Below, in pieces: positions 18,721 through 28,024 of a stretch of 64,000 bases of DNA. The notes under the pieces are model-generated. The model had not been told where the DNA came from and ran no database searches. It saw only the letters and a list, made by a program, of their open reading frames with translations. Both the position numbers and the translations under genes were made by a program. The stretch is from a virus. Taxonomy: Duplodnaviria; Caudoviricetes. Each line of letters starts with the position of its first letter. Position 1 is the first letter of the stretch. Location of the stretch: positions 559 through 64,558 of IMG/VR virus record IMGVR_UViG_3300037420_001397, one strand, 5' to 3'.

Positions 18721-19230
18721 TTACTCCGCCCACGACGCGCAGCCCGGCGTCTCGCAGCGCCCGTGCACGTGCCCGTTGTAGGCCGACTGGCTCAGATGCA
18801 GCCGACCCTTGCAGGCCGGGCACTCGATGACCTCCTGCTTGCCTCGCGGCGGCTTCTGGCGCCACGCAGCGACGGCAGGGCCAACGATCTCCATGCGCTG
18901 CAAAACCCGCTCGAGCTCGTCAACGTGGGTCTCGCCCTGTTCGCGCGTGGTGCGCAGCCACTGCGGGCACAAGGCCCGTTGCGCCGCCTCGCCGCGCTTG
19001 TTGCCGTCCGTGCAGCAGATGCGCATGAAGATGCCCGCGCGCGGGTTGTCGCCTTCGGCGGCGCCGAACTGCTGCAGGTAGTTCACACCCGCCTTGCAGT
19101 GGCCGTGCGGCTCCTTGCCGCCGATCATCGTGACACCTGCGGCGTCGTAGTGCTGGCAGTACATCAGCCGCTGCGCGATGCGGCGCTCGCGCTTGTCGGC
19201 CGGCGCGGTAGCGATGTTCTCGGTGCTCAC
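18721..19230 (-). CDS. Cys-rich hypothetical protein
   Basis: CQHY...ECPACKGRL...HGRCETPGC. Confidence 0.65.
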   Translation of the reverse strand: MSTENIATAPADKRERRIAQRLMYCQHYDAAGVTMIGGKEPHGHCKAGVNYLQQFGAAEGDNPRAGIFMRICCTDGNKRGEAAQRALCPQWLRTTREQGETHVDELERVLQRMEIVGPAVAAWRQKPPRGKQEVIECPACKGRLHLSQSAYNGHVHGRCETPGCASWAE

Positions 19231-19580
19231 GACTTCGCTCCCGGTGCAACACACGTCCACCCACGCGAGCGCAACAACTCCGCCGCGCGCTTGATCTCCG
19301 GCGGAATCCAGGCTTCGTTGATCTCCCAGGCCTCGCCGTCGTGCACCAGCTGGCCGGCGGTGCGACGGGCCTTGAGCAGGCCCCACACGAGCTTGTCTTG
19401 CAGCCCGGTGGCCCGGGCCAGCTCACCAGTGGTCAGCCGGCCGCGCTTGTTGAGCAGTTCGAGCAGCTGCTCGGTGCGCGTGCCGGAGAGGGTGAACAAA
19501 GGTGGCGGCTCATCGGGCAGAGGCTCACGGCCGGCATAGCCGCGGTCTGCGACGCGGGTGAGTTCGGCGAATGGGTTCAT
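19227..19580 (-). CDS. Putative winged-helix DNA-binding protein
   Basis: LTTGELARATGL...VWGLLK. Confidence 0.6.
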   Translation of the reverse strand: MNPFAELTRVADRGYAGREPLPDEPPPLFTLSGTRTEQLLELLNKRGRLTTGELARATGLQDKLVWGLLKARRTAGQLVHDGEAWEINEAWIPPEIKRAAELLRSRGWTCVAPGAKS

Positions 19581-19653
19581 GGTCGTCACTTGATTGCCCA
19601 AGCTATGGCGAACGCAACGGCTGCGATGGCGAATGCGGTAGGCCAGTCCATGG

Positions 19654-19881
19654 TCACGCCTCCGCCGCAGCAGGCGCCGCAACGCTGCCCACCGGCATGT
19701 CGCACCACTCGATGACGCGCCAGCGCAGCGGCATGCCGTCGGCGCCGAACCACTGCTCGCCGTCCCAGTAGCCGGGCCAGACTGGGCAGGTGTCGCAGTT
19801 GGTATGGAGAAGGGCGTCGATCTCGGCGTCGGGGAAGTTGCCTCGCTCAGGTTTGTGCCAAGTCAAGGTTTCGGTGCGCAT
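19654..19881 (-). CDS. DUF551-like protein
   Basis: W...P...GYWDGEQW...VIEWCDMP. Confidence 0.55.
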   Translation of the reverse strand: MRTETLTWHKPERGNFPDAEIDALLHTNCDTCPVWPGYWDGEQWFGADGMPLRWRVIEWCDMPVGSVAAPAAAEA

Positions 19882-19946
19882 CAGACGATCTCCCGGTGGC
19901 GTGTTCCGCATACTTGGTTTCTCCAAAACATTCCAGGGATGGATAC

Positions 19947-20156
19947 ATGTCTGAGATCAACGCAGAGCTGGCACCTTTTCGGGCAAACACTGCGCATCGC
20001 GCTGCAGTCCTCACAGATGAGCAAATCAGGTTGGCGATTCACTTGGCCAACAAGCATTTCCCTGGTGCCGGGGACAACCCAAACTCGCCCTTTCTGGCGG
20101 CGGCTCTGACGGCGTTGGCGACCAACTACCACGCGTTTGTTCACGAAGCCAAGTGA
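19947..20156 (+). CDS. Small counter-oriented hypothetical protein
   Basis: AT-richer patch; purine-rich RBS; opposite strand to its operon. Confidence 0.5.
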   Translation: MSEINAELAPFRANTAHRAAVLTDEQIRLAIHLANKHFPGAGDNPNSPFLAAALTALATNYHAFVHEAK

Positions 20157-20175
20157 TCCCATTTGAACCTCCGGC

Positions 20176-20424
20176 TCAGGCCCCAGCCGCCGCCAGCAGC
20201 TCACTATCGTGCTGCCGCCGGTGCTGCAGGCGCAGCTTGTTGCGGTCGCAGCGCGGTGCCCGTGACGTGCCCACGTGCCAGGCGTGGCAGTGGATGCAGT
20301 GGTAGGCCTCGCGGCGCGCGTCCTTGTTGCGGTTGGCGCGCCGAGCGGCTTCGGTGGCCAAGGAGAAGGCCGCGAAGGCGGTCTTGCCGGCGCACATGGC
20401 GGCGGGGTGAGGGCGGTGCTTCAT
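20176..20424 (-). CDS. Hypothetical protein
   Basis: CAGK..F...A...AYHCIHCHAWHV. Confidence 0.65.
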   Translation of the reverse strand: MKHRPHPAAMCAGKTAFAAFSLATEAARRANRNKDARREAYHCIHCHAWHVGTSRAPRCDRNKLRLQHRRQHDSELLAAAGA

Positions 20425-20705
20425 TGCGTGGTCCGCCCCTGCAGCTGATGGACCATGCCGCCGATGCCGTTGCCGGGTGCTGCGCTGGGCAGCTGAGGCG
20501 CGCCGGCACCGGTCTCTATGAACGCCGACTCGCCCCCCCCGGTGGCACGCAGGTAGTCCACTTCGACCTTGGCTGTGTCCACCAAGGTCTTGCTCAGCTC
20601 GTTGATGGCGCGGGCTTTATCCAGGTCCACGGTGCCGTCGCGCACGCCGCGCAGGGTTTCGAACAGTGCCGCTCGCAGGGCCGTGATGTCGTTATTGCTG
20701 CTCAT
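20421..20705 (-). CDS. Hypothetical protein (HNH-associated)
   Basis: LRAALFETL...ARAINELSKTLVDTAKVEVDY. Confidence 0.7.
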   Translation of the reverse strand: MSSNNDITALRAALFETLRGVRDGTVDLDKARAINELSKTLVDTAKVEVDYLRATGGGESAFIETGAGAPQLPSAAPGNGIGGMVHQLQGRTTQ

Positions 20706-21382
20706 GACTCCTGGGCCTCCTTGACTCGCCGGTTGATCTGGCGGGTGATCGCACTGCGAAGCAGCACACACCCGGCGATCTCGGGTCCGTACTGGTGGAA
20801 GGTGCGTCGGCGCATGTGCTCCTGCCTGGTGATGCATTCCAGGCGGTCCGCCGTGATCTGCTCTCTGTCGGTGGTGCGCTCGCCCTTGAACACGACGAGG
20901 TGGCCGGCTGGAATCGGGCCGTTGGCCTGCTCCCATACATGGCGGTGGTACATGACCCAGTCGCGTGGCGGATAGCCGGTGTCGGTCAGCTTGATTTGCA
21001 GGTAGCCGACCTCATGCCCCATGTTGGCGACGCGCAGGCTACCTATTGGCACCCAGTTCGCTGGCTTCTGGCCGCGCCTGAACTGCGTCGCTGGCGCCGT
21101 GCTCAAACCTTTCTTGCCCTTGGTCCATGGGACGTTGCCAGGCTTGAAGCGGCCTGACTCGCCGCGCACACCGTCCAGGCGCCCACTGGCGGGTCCGCCC
21201 AAGAACTCGGCTGACTTCTTGATGCCGAGGCGCCTGGCCAGCCTGACCACCTGCTGGTAGTCCACGCCCAGCGCCTTCGCCAGGTCGGCCGTCAGCGTGT
21301 TGGCGAACTCGCTACGCACCCGCTCAATGTCGGCTTCGCTGGGGCGCCACTTCGGGCGGTTGATGTTGCGGCTCTTGGTCAT
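20702..21382 (-). CDS. HNH endonuclease
   Basis: FKPGNVPWTKG...HRHVWEQANGPIP...ITRQEHMRR. Confidence 0.85.
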   Translation of the reverse strand: MTKSRNINRPKWRPSEADIERVRSEFANTLTADLAKALGVDYQQVVRLARRLGIKKSAEFLGGPASGRLDGVRGESGRFKPGNVPWTKGKKGLSTAPATQFRRGQKPANWVPIGSLRVANMGHEVGYLQIKLTDTGYPPRDWVMYHRHVWEQANGPIPAGHLVVFKGERTTDREQITADRLECITRQEHMRRRTFHQYGPEIAGCVLLRSAITRQINRRVKEAQES

Positions 21383-21972
21383 GACCGCGCCTCGCCCTCA
21401 GTGGCCAACCGCCGCACCATTCGCGCATACCGGTTCTTGCCCAGCAGGATGCCGACGATGCCCAGGGCCGGGTCCATCGGCTGGTCGCCCGTCTCCAGTT
21501 TGAAGCCGTTCTCGTCAAACCACTTCAGCCAGTCGTAGAGCTGCGTCTCGGCTTCCAGGCCGCGGCCAAGCACTGCCACGCACGGGTGCTTGTGATACGC
21601 GTCGGGTGGCGTCCAGACCTTGCCGTTGGGATCGGCGCGGTTCCATTTGGCGTCGTGCCACTCGTAGTCCGGATACTTGCCTTCGGACGTGATGCCGACG
21701 CATTCGCGGCCGAAGCCGCATTCGCCTTCGAGCTCCAGCTGCACGCCGCTCTTGGCTGCCCACGTGGCCATCCACTGGATACGCTGCTCGTGGATCTTCG
21801 CGGCGAGAGGCTCCTCTTCCGCGACGTGGCGCACGTAGTCGTGCGGGATGTGCAGCTTGTTCGCCACGTGCGTGATGGCATCGGCGATGCACTGCTCAGT
21901 GGCGCGCCCGGGCGCTGGCTGGACGGCTGCGATCAGTGCATCGGCGATGGGTTTGCGTTCAACGATGTTCAT
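21379..21972 (-). CDS. Hypothetical protein
   Basis: Coupled ORF. Confidence 0.6.
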   Translation of the reverse strand: MNIVERKPIADALIAAVQPAPGRATEQCIADAITHVANKLHIPHDYVRHVAEEEPLAAKIHEQRIQWMATWAAKSGVQLELEGECGFGRECVGITSEGKYPDYEWHDAKWNRADPNGKVWTPPDAYHKHPCVAVLGRGLEAETQLYDWLKWFDENGFKLETGDQPMDPALGIVGILLGKNRYARMVRRLATEGEARS

Positions 21973-22454
21973 TCCGACTTGCTCCCTTCCTCGGCTGCGC
22001 CCACGAACTGCGCGAAATGCGGCGGCTGCCAATGCGGCGGCTTCTGCACTTTCCCGCTGGCGTCCTTGATGAACTGCCCGTCCACCTGCTTGTCGGTGAC
22101 GTTGCTGCGGTGCAGCTCGGCCCACGCGGCTGGCAGGCGGCGGCCCGTGAGTGCGCGGGCCAGACATAGGCTGACCCAGGCGATGTCCAAGGAGGCGTCC
22201 AGGGCGGGCTTGGCCGCCATCTGGACCTGCAGCTCACCGTTGCGCAATTGGCGGCTGAGCTGTTTGAGGCTCAGGGCGATGTTGGTGTTCGTGTGGTCCA
22301 CGCTGCCAGACTCGGGCTCAACCAGCACCGTGGTGTCCAGCAGCTCGTGGCACTCCTCCAAAACAAGGGCGAAGTAGAGCTTCCAGCTCTCCGGGCCGTG
22401 GCCTACGCCCTCACACCAATCGGCAATGGATTGCAGGGGGTTGGGAGTGGTCAC
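21969..22454 (-). CDS. MazG-like / PRA-PH nucleotide pyrophosphohydrolase
   Basis: LVLEECHEL...LD...ELHRSNVTDK...GKVQKPPHWQPP. Confidence 0.8.
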   Translation of the reverse strand: MTTPNPLQSIADWCEGVGHGPESWKLYFALVLEECHELLDTTVLVEPESGSVDHTNTNIALSLKQLSRQLRNGELQVQMAAKPALDASLDIAWVSLCLARALTGRRLPAAWAELHRSNVTDKQVDGQFIKDASGKVQKPPHWQPPHFAQFVGAAEEGSKSE

Positions 22455-23092
22455 GCTGTGGCCTCCTCGCGCTCGGTGTCCAGCGCCGTGCCCGCGGTGC
22501 TGGCGTCGAACAAGCTGCCGTTGTCCGGCTCACCCTTGAGCGCGCTCTCCGGCACTGCAAGCAGCTCGTTGATGTCCTCGATCACGACCGAAACGAATCC
22601 TCCAGCCACATCAGCCAGCGCATGGCTTTCGACCGAGTTCACCAGCTTCAGCTTGGCCTCGACCTCGGTGGCGCTCTTGAAGTTGACGCTTGCGACTTCC
22701 GCGCGGAACGTGATGCGAGCATTGGCCGCGATGATCTGCACCACGTCTTTGACCACCACCTTCATGCTCTCGTGCAGGCGGCTGAGCACGGCAGCCTGCT
22801 CGTTCTCGCGCAGGCGACTCCAGGGCTCGGCCAGGGTCGTGAAGTGGCGCTTGGCCACGTCGATCATGCGACCCAGCATGAAGGCCTCGGCATGGCCCTC
22901 GGTGCCCCATTCCGGGTCCTCGGCCACGGTAGTGCTCGGGTCCTTGGGCTCGGTGCCGGCCTCGGGCATCAGGCCCGCGCTGGTGGCGTCGGCAATCGCT
23001 TCGCCGATGGTCTGCGTGAAGTTGTCAGCGGGATCGCTGCCGCTTGCCTGGGGCTCGGCTTCGGGATTGGTCTTCTTGCTGCGGGTGGCCAC
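22451..23092 (-). CDS. Hypothetical protein
   Basis: 213 aa coupled ORF. Confidence 0.7.
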   Translation of the reverse strand: MATRSKKTNPEAEPQASGSDPADNFTQTIGEAIADATSAGLMPEAGTEPKDPSTTVAEDPEWGTEGHAEAFMLGRMIDVAKRHFTTLAEPWSRLRENEQAAVLSRLHESMKVVVKDVVQIIAANARITFRAEVASVNFKSATEVEAKLKLVNSVESHALADVAGGFVSVVIEDINELLAVPESALKGEPDNGSLFDASTAGTALDTEREEATA

Positions 23093-23137
23093 GTGGTGCT
23101 CCTGTGGTGGTGGCGGTGGATCAGGTGTGCACCGCGC

Positions 23138-23437
23138 TCATGCGGATGCGTCATCAACCGGCTCGTATGTGAGCCTGAATATGTCGTCTTTGCAGGCGTA
23201 AATCTCGCCTTTGACACCCGTGATGATCCAGTCGCCGGGCGTCACCAGATGGTTCGGGCTCTCCAGCGTGCCGATCACGCCGTAGGCCTCGCGGCCAAGC
23301 TCCAGCGTGAGCGTGGCGCCGCCCATGCCAGTGAAGAACAGATCGTCGCTGTCAGCGATCGGGCGCACCTGCGGGTGGTCGCCGTGGTTGTGCCATTGGC
23401 TGGCCTCGATGACGACAGGCTTCTTGCGGAATCTCAT
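23138..23437 (-). CDS. Conserved phage protein (KKPVVIEA / PGDW family)
   Basis: MRFRKKPVVIEA...TLE...PGDWIITGVKGEIY. Confidence 0.8.
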   Translation of the reverse strand: MRFRKKPVVIEASQWHNHGDHPQVRPIADSDDLFFTGMGGATLTLELGREAYGVIGTLESPNHLVTPGDWIITGVKGEIYACKDDIFRLTYEPVDDASA

Positions 23438-23473
23438 GGCACTCCTTTTTGGGTGTGGCTGTTGGTGAATCAA

Positions 23474-24463
23474 TCAGGCGCGCAAGAGCGCCATCGGCTG
23501 CCACTCTGATTCGGCGCGCGGCGTATGCACGGACGGCAAGCCGTGCCCAACGCTGGGTCGCGCGACGGCAGGGTGCTCTCGCATCCACTGCTGCACGAAC
23601 CACAATTGACCGCAGCCGCCGCCGATGGTGTCCATGCCGGCCGGATCGAAGACGCGGACGTTGAACCCACGCTCTACCAGCTTGGCCGAGAAGCCAACCG
23701 CCAGGTCGCGCTGATGCTGGTTCTTGGCCTTCTGGAACTCATTACGCTCGCAGATCACCGACACCGTCGCTTCCCAAATGCGCGGGTCGTAGAGGGCGTA
23801 GATACGCTCCGCGTCGGCATCGGTAACGTTGCCGTCGTGCGCGCAGTAGTTGAAGAACGGACGCCGGCCCGTGGCAGTGCTCCAGGCCGCGCCGACTTCT
23901 GCGATCTGCTGCAGGGTCAGCTTCTTCTTGAACGGGATCAGTGCGTCGCGCGCCGCGTCGGTGGATTCGTGCACGGAGAACTGCAGGCCCACCGTCGGAA
24001 TCTCGCGGCTCATCTCTATGACCCAGGACCAGTCGATGTCCGGTGCGCTGGTGCTGATGAGCAGCGAGGCATGCGGGTACATCGCATGCAGCCGGCGGAA
24101 TGCCGGCCACAGCGCCTTGTTCAGCACCGGCTCTCCCATGCTCATCACCATGATCTGCAGCTTCTTGATGCGTGCAGGATCAAGGCCGCCAATGCAGTTC
24201 TCAAGCAAATGCTGCGGCTGGCTCACTATCTCGTCGGCAGTGAGGTTGCGCACGAAGTAGTCGCCAGTTCCGCAGAAGCGGCAACCAATGGGGCAGCCGC
24301 TCATCGTTGAGCAGCAGATGACGGTGCGCTCCTCGTACTCCGGGTATCGGTACAGCACCGATTCGACAGCGCAGTCAGGCTTCACGAAAACGTGCTTGTT
24401 GACGTGCTCGGCTGAGTCGGGGAAGTCGCGGATCTCGTTCCACAGGGGTTTGGTCGTGCTCAT
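23474..24463 (-). CDS. RlmN/Cfr-family radical SAM enzyme
   Basis: CCSTMSGCPIGCRFCGTG (CxxxCxxC), RNLTADEI, MSMGEP, SVH, GCGQL. Confidence 0.9.
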   Translation of the reverse strand: MSTTKPLWNEIRDFPDSAEHVNKHVFVKPDCAVESVLYRYPEYEERTVICCSTMSGCPIGCRFCGTGDYFVRNLTADEIVSQPQHLLENCIGGLDPARIKKLQIMVMSMGEPVLNKALWPAFRRLHAMYPHASLLISTSAPDIDWSWVIEMSREIPTVGLQFSVHESTDAARDALIPFKKKLTLQQIAEVGAAWSTATGRRPFFNYCAHDGNVTDADAERIYALYDPRIWEATVSVICERNEFQKAKNQHQRDLAVGFSAKLVERGFNVRVFDPAGMDTIGGGCGQLWFVQQWMREHPAVARPSVGHGLPSVHTPRAESEWQPMALLRA

Positions 24464-25176
24464 GCAGGCTCCTGGATCAATGCCAGCCGCGGCGCATTGC
24501 GCACCGCAGACCAACGCTCCGCCCATCCTGGGCGCTCGCTTGCAATCCAGTCGCCATGCTTTTGCGGCATCACCAGCAACAGCACCTCGGGATGGCGCTG
24601 GAACTGGAAGGCGATGACGGTCTCCGTTCCGGCCTGCATCGGCATCAGTTGCGGGCTGCCTGCGAAGGCCTCCAGCACGCGCGACACGTAGGGGCCATGG
24701 AACGGATCGACAAGCCCGGGGCGCAGTGCCGAGAAGTCCGGCATCACCTTGCGCCAGCAGTACCAGGGCCGCCCGTCTTCGCGGCGTGCCGGCATGCAGG
24801 TGTCGTGCTCCTGCGTGTGCGTGACGCCACCATTGGCGCCGAGCAGCTGCAGCACGGGCGGGTGGCCTTCCCGCGCAAGAAGCACCAGCCGGCGCGGATC
24901 AGCATCGGTGCCGGTCCACATCGGCGGCAACTCGTCGGCCAGCGGGAAGCTGGGCGTCAGCAGCGTGGGCTCGGTGCACACGGCATCGGCGTCCTCGATG
25001 AGCACCAGCGTGTGGCCATCGGTGCCGATGATGTAGGCGCCACCTTCTGGGCGCGGCTCCACCATGACGCCACCCAAGTAGTAGCGCGCGTCTGCCTCGA
25101 TTTCGGCGGCGCAGGTCAGTGCCAGGCGCGCGTAGGCGGCGCGGATGCTGATGCGTGTGGTTGTGGTGTCCGTCAT
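24460..25176 (-). CDS. Sliding-clamp-like phage protein
   Basis: DARYYLGGV...IGTDGH; C-terminal LLVMPQ. Confidence 0.65.
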   Translation of the reverse strand: MTDTTTTRISIRAAYARLALTCAAEIEADARYYLGGVMVEPRPEGGAYIIGTDGHTLVLIEDADAVCTEPTLLTPSFPLADELPPMWTGTDADPRRLVLLAREGHPPVLQLLGANGGVTHTQEHDTCMPARREDGRPWYCWRKVMPDFSALRPGLVDPFHGPYVSRVLEAFAGSPQLMPMQAGTETVIAFQFQRHPEVLLLVMPQKHGDWIASERPGWAERWSAVRNAPRLALIQEPA

Positions 25177-25213
25177 GGCTGGTCGCCTTTCTGGGTCGGT
25201 TGCAGTTGCCGTT

Positions 25214-25310
25214 GAAGAAAGAAAGAGGGCGGCCGCATCAGCAGCGCAGCACGGGAGTGGAGACATAGGAGGGGGAGGAGGCCCGTGCTGCTGGGATCGC
25301 CCGAAAAGAA
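25214..25310 (-). ncRNA. Hairpin with anti-SD loop and U-tail (candidate sRNA/terminator)
   Basis: 9-bp stem cagcacggg/cccgtgctg, outer gggcg/cgccc, loop CCUCCUCCCCCUCCU, pyrimidine-rich tail. Confidence 0.45.
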
Positions 25311-25526
25311 TCAGGTCGTTGCGGGGTCGGCCGGCTCGGCTTTCACGTCCTCCGGCCGAATACCTGCCTCCATGGCTGCAACGATGTCCTCTTGCGTTGC
25401 CACACTGCAGTCGTAGGCGTCGCTGGAGACGTGGCGCAGGGCCGAGGCCTGGTGAGTGGCGCGCACGAGGCGCACGGTGTTGCTGGCCTTGTGGACTACC
25501 TGGTAGATGCGTGTATTGGTTGCCAT
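25311..25526 (-). CDS. Hypothetical protein
   Basis: RLVRATHQASALRHV...VATQEDIV phage motif. Confidence 0.75.
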   Translation of the reverse strand: MATNTRIYQVVHKASNTVRLVRATHQASALRHVSSDAYDCSVATQEDIVAAMEAGIRPEDVKAEPADPATT

Positions 25527-25538
25527 CGCGGCTCCTTG

Positions 25539-25757
25539 TTATTTGCCCAGCGCGGTGTTAATCACCTGCTTGGCGGTCTGGTGGTGGCGGCCCTGCGGCG
25601 CGCCCTCGGCATAGGCGGTCATGCGGCGGCTGCTCGGCCACCAGTGCACGTTGACCAGGCCGCCGATCACGAGGACGCGGCCGTCCGGGTACTCGATGAC
25701 TTCGAGCTCGGCGTCGCGCGCTAGCTTCTTGAGTTGCTTGACCTGCTCGCTGCTCAT
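25539..25757 (-). CDS. Hypothetical protein
   Basis: Coupled ORF. Confidence 0.65.
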   Translation of the reverse strand: MSSEQVKQLKKLARDAELEVIEYPDGRVLVIGGLVNVHWWPSSRRMTAYAEGAPQGRHHQTAKQVINTALGK

Positions 25758-26731
25758 GACGCGGCATCGGCCTTGGGCCAGTTCTTGATCAGCTCGTCTT
25801 GCACGTCGGCTGCGAGGGCGTCCCAGATCTGCTGGTATTCGCCCTCATCCAGCGTGGACAGGTAGGTGGCCGGCAGCTCGGCATTGCCGGCGCGCACGTC
25901 GCGCTCGATCTCGGCGGCCTTGGTCTTGATGGAGTTGCTGCCGGCGGCGGCCGGGCGCTGTGAGGACTTGCCGCCCAGGGCCCAGCGGGCCAGCGCCGCA
26001 CCAATTTCCTCGTCCAGCGGCTGGCCTGGGACGACGATGGAGCGGTGGTCCTCAGGCACTTTCGGCACGCCGGTCTGCCATGCGTCCGGGCTTAAGTCGG
26101 GCACGCCGTTGGCGCCCGGCGGCAAGAGGAAGCGGTCCGTCATCTCGTAGACGAACTCGTCGCCGGCGATGGCCTGCCAGCCCAGCGGCACGATCTCCGT
26201 CTTGCCTTGGGCGTTCTTCATCGGCTTGACCTTCTCCTTCGCGCGGAAGCAGAAAATCAGGTTGACGTTGAGCTGCAGAATGCCGTTGATGAGCTTGCGC
26301 CGGGCAGCCTTGGGCTTGGCCCAGCCCAGGAGGTTGCAGGCCTCGCGCTTCTTCCGGTCCTGGCCGGCGATGCGGTCCAGCTCGGCCTCGTGCCACTCCA
26401 GCACGCCGCCTTCGCCTTCGTGCTCGTGGCTCATGCTGTCCACCACCACGGTTTTGGCCCCGGCTTGCACGGCGGCGCGGATTGCCTCCAGGTATCGGTC
26501 CGGGCCGTGCGGCGGCTTGAAGTCCAGGTGCAGGAACTTGAAGCGGCTCGCGTAGTGCAGGGCGCGACGCGCCTCAGTGTCGATGACGGCGATGTCGCCG
26601 CCCACCACGGACTGGATGCCGCTGGCCAAGCGCAGTGCGGAGAACGTCTTGCCGCCGCCGCTTGGGCCCACATTGCCCAGCAGCAGAGGCACCTGGTCCC
26701 GCACGGCGGGCTTGAATGCGAATGCGCTCAT
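25754..26731 (-). CDS. AAA ATPase (Sak4-like recombination protein)
   Basis: Walker A GPSGGGKT; Walker B VVVDSMSHE. Confidence 0.85.
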   Translation of the reverse strand: MSAFAFKPAVRDQVPLLLGNVGPSGGGKTFSALRLASGIQSVVGGDIAVIDTEARRALHYASRFKFLHLDFKPPHGPDRYLEAIRAAVQAGAKTVVVDSMSHEHEGEGGVLEWHEAELDRIAGQDRKKREACNLLGWAKPKAARRKLINGILQLNVNLIFCFRAKEKVKPMKNAQGKTEIVPLGWQAIAGDEFVYEMTDRFLLPPGANGVPDLSPDAWQTGVPKVPEDHRSIVVPGQPLDEEIGAALARWALGGKSSQRPAAAGSNSIKTKAAEIERDVRAGNAELPATYLSTLDEGEYQQIWDALAADVQDELIKNWPKADAAS

Positions 26732-27597
26732 ACGCCCAGCGCCTCCTCGTCCTTGATCTCCCATGCGGTCGGATAGGCCTGGTAGATCTCCGGCGAGTAG
26801 CCGGGCCAGCGGTTGGAACCGATGCAGTCACGCCACAGCATCACGCCGCGGCTGATCTTGTTGGTAGCCAGCTCCACACGCGCTTCGGTCAGCTCCACCA
26901 GGTAGCACATGAACGGCTCGAAGTTCTCCTGCACCAGGAACACGAAGCGCGCGCCCGGGTAACCGAGGGCGGACAGGCCACGCGGATACCAGACGCCCTG
27001 CGTGTCGTATCCGTGCGCTGCCAGGTAGCGGCGCATCCACTCGCCAGGGCCGCCGGCACCGGTCGTCTTGTAGTCCAGCACCAGCGGCCGGCCGGTGTGA
27101 GGCTCCTGAAGCTCAAGCAGATCTAGGCGTGCGCGGCACCAGATGCCGCCAACGTCCTGCCAGATCAGCGTCTGCTCCGGCTTGGCACGCTCGAAGATGC
27201 CGGTGAAGCCGGTGTTGGAGATGAACTCGCGTGCGGCCTGCACCATGGCCAAGGCGCCGTCGTGCTGCTGCGGCAGCATGGGAACCAGGCCGGCGGCGCG
27301 TGCCTTGTCGCGCGCCTCGCGGTGCTCCTTCTTGCGCCAGTCCGGCGCGTCGATGATGTGCGCCTTGTCCACGCCCTCAAGCAGCAACGCGTGCGCAGCG
27401 TCGCCCAGCTCGAACACGCCGCCGCTCTTGGCCGGGTTGAACAGCGAGTTCAGGCGAGGGTGCTTCAACCAGGCATGCCGCGGCGTGTTCTGGATCAGCG
27501 TCGTCAGCAGCGAGTTGCTGAGCGATGGCTGCGGCGCTGGGTCCGCGTGATACTGCCATGCGGGCATCGTGTAGATGCCGGGCTTGATGTCGCTCAC
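26728..27597 (-). CDS. PD-(D/E)XK exonuclease (DUF3799/RecE-like)
   Basis: YHADP..SLSNS...WCRARLD...DYKTT...Y..Q..WY. Confidence 0.88.
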   Translation of the reverse strand: MSDIKPGIYTMPAWQYHADPAPQPSLSNSLLTTLIQNTPRHAWLKHPRLNSLFNPAKSGGVFELGDAAHALLLEGVDKAHIIDAPDWRKKEHREARDKARAAGLVPMLPQQHDGALAMVQAAREFISNTGFTGIFERAKPEQTLIWQDVGGIWCRARLDLLELQEPHTGRPLVLDYKTTGAGGPGEWMRRYLAAHGYDTQGVWYPRGLSALGYPGARFVFLVQENFEPFMCYLVELTEARVELATNKISRGVMLWRDCIGSNRWPGYSPEIYQAYPTAWEIKDEEALGV

Positions 27598-28024
27598 AGC
27601 AACTGTCCCCCGCGCTTGATTGCCTTCACCAGCGCCCGCAGCGCTCGCCCGAAGCGTCCACGCCGCACGGGCCTCACCCTCTTGAACGGCCCCTCGATAG
27701 AGCCAGCAGCCAACAGCCGATTGATGTCCATACGTCTCCTCGGATCGTTTTCAGTACTGCCACTCTTCAGCCACGCCGCGAGCAGCAGCGGATGCCACCA
27801 GAACCACGCCCTCGCCCTCATCCTTTTTGCTGCGCGCTGCCCGCGAGATCACGCATTGCGGTCCGGCGTGCACGGCACCGGCGCCCATGGCGGAGATCGC
27901 CAGAGATGCGAGCACTGCGACGACGACGAACACGATGCACATCGGTTCCTCGGCGGCAGCGCGCAGCTCGGCGGCGGTGGCCACCAGCGCCTGCGAGTGG
28001 ATGGAGGAGGAGGGCATGGCGGGC

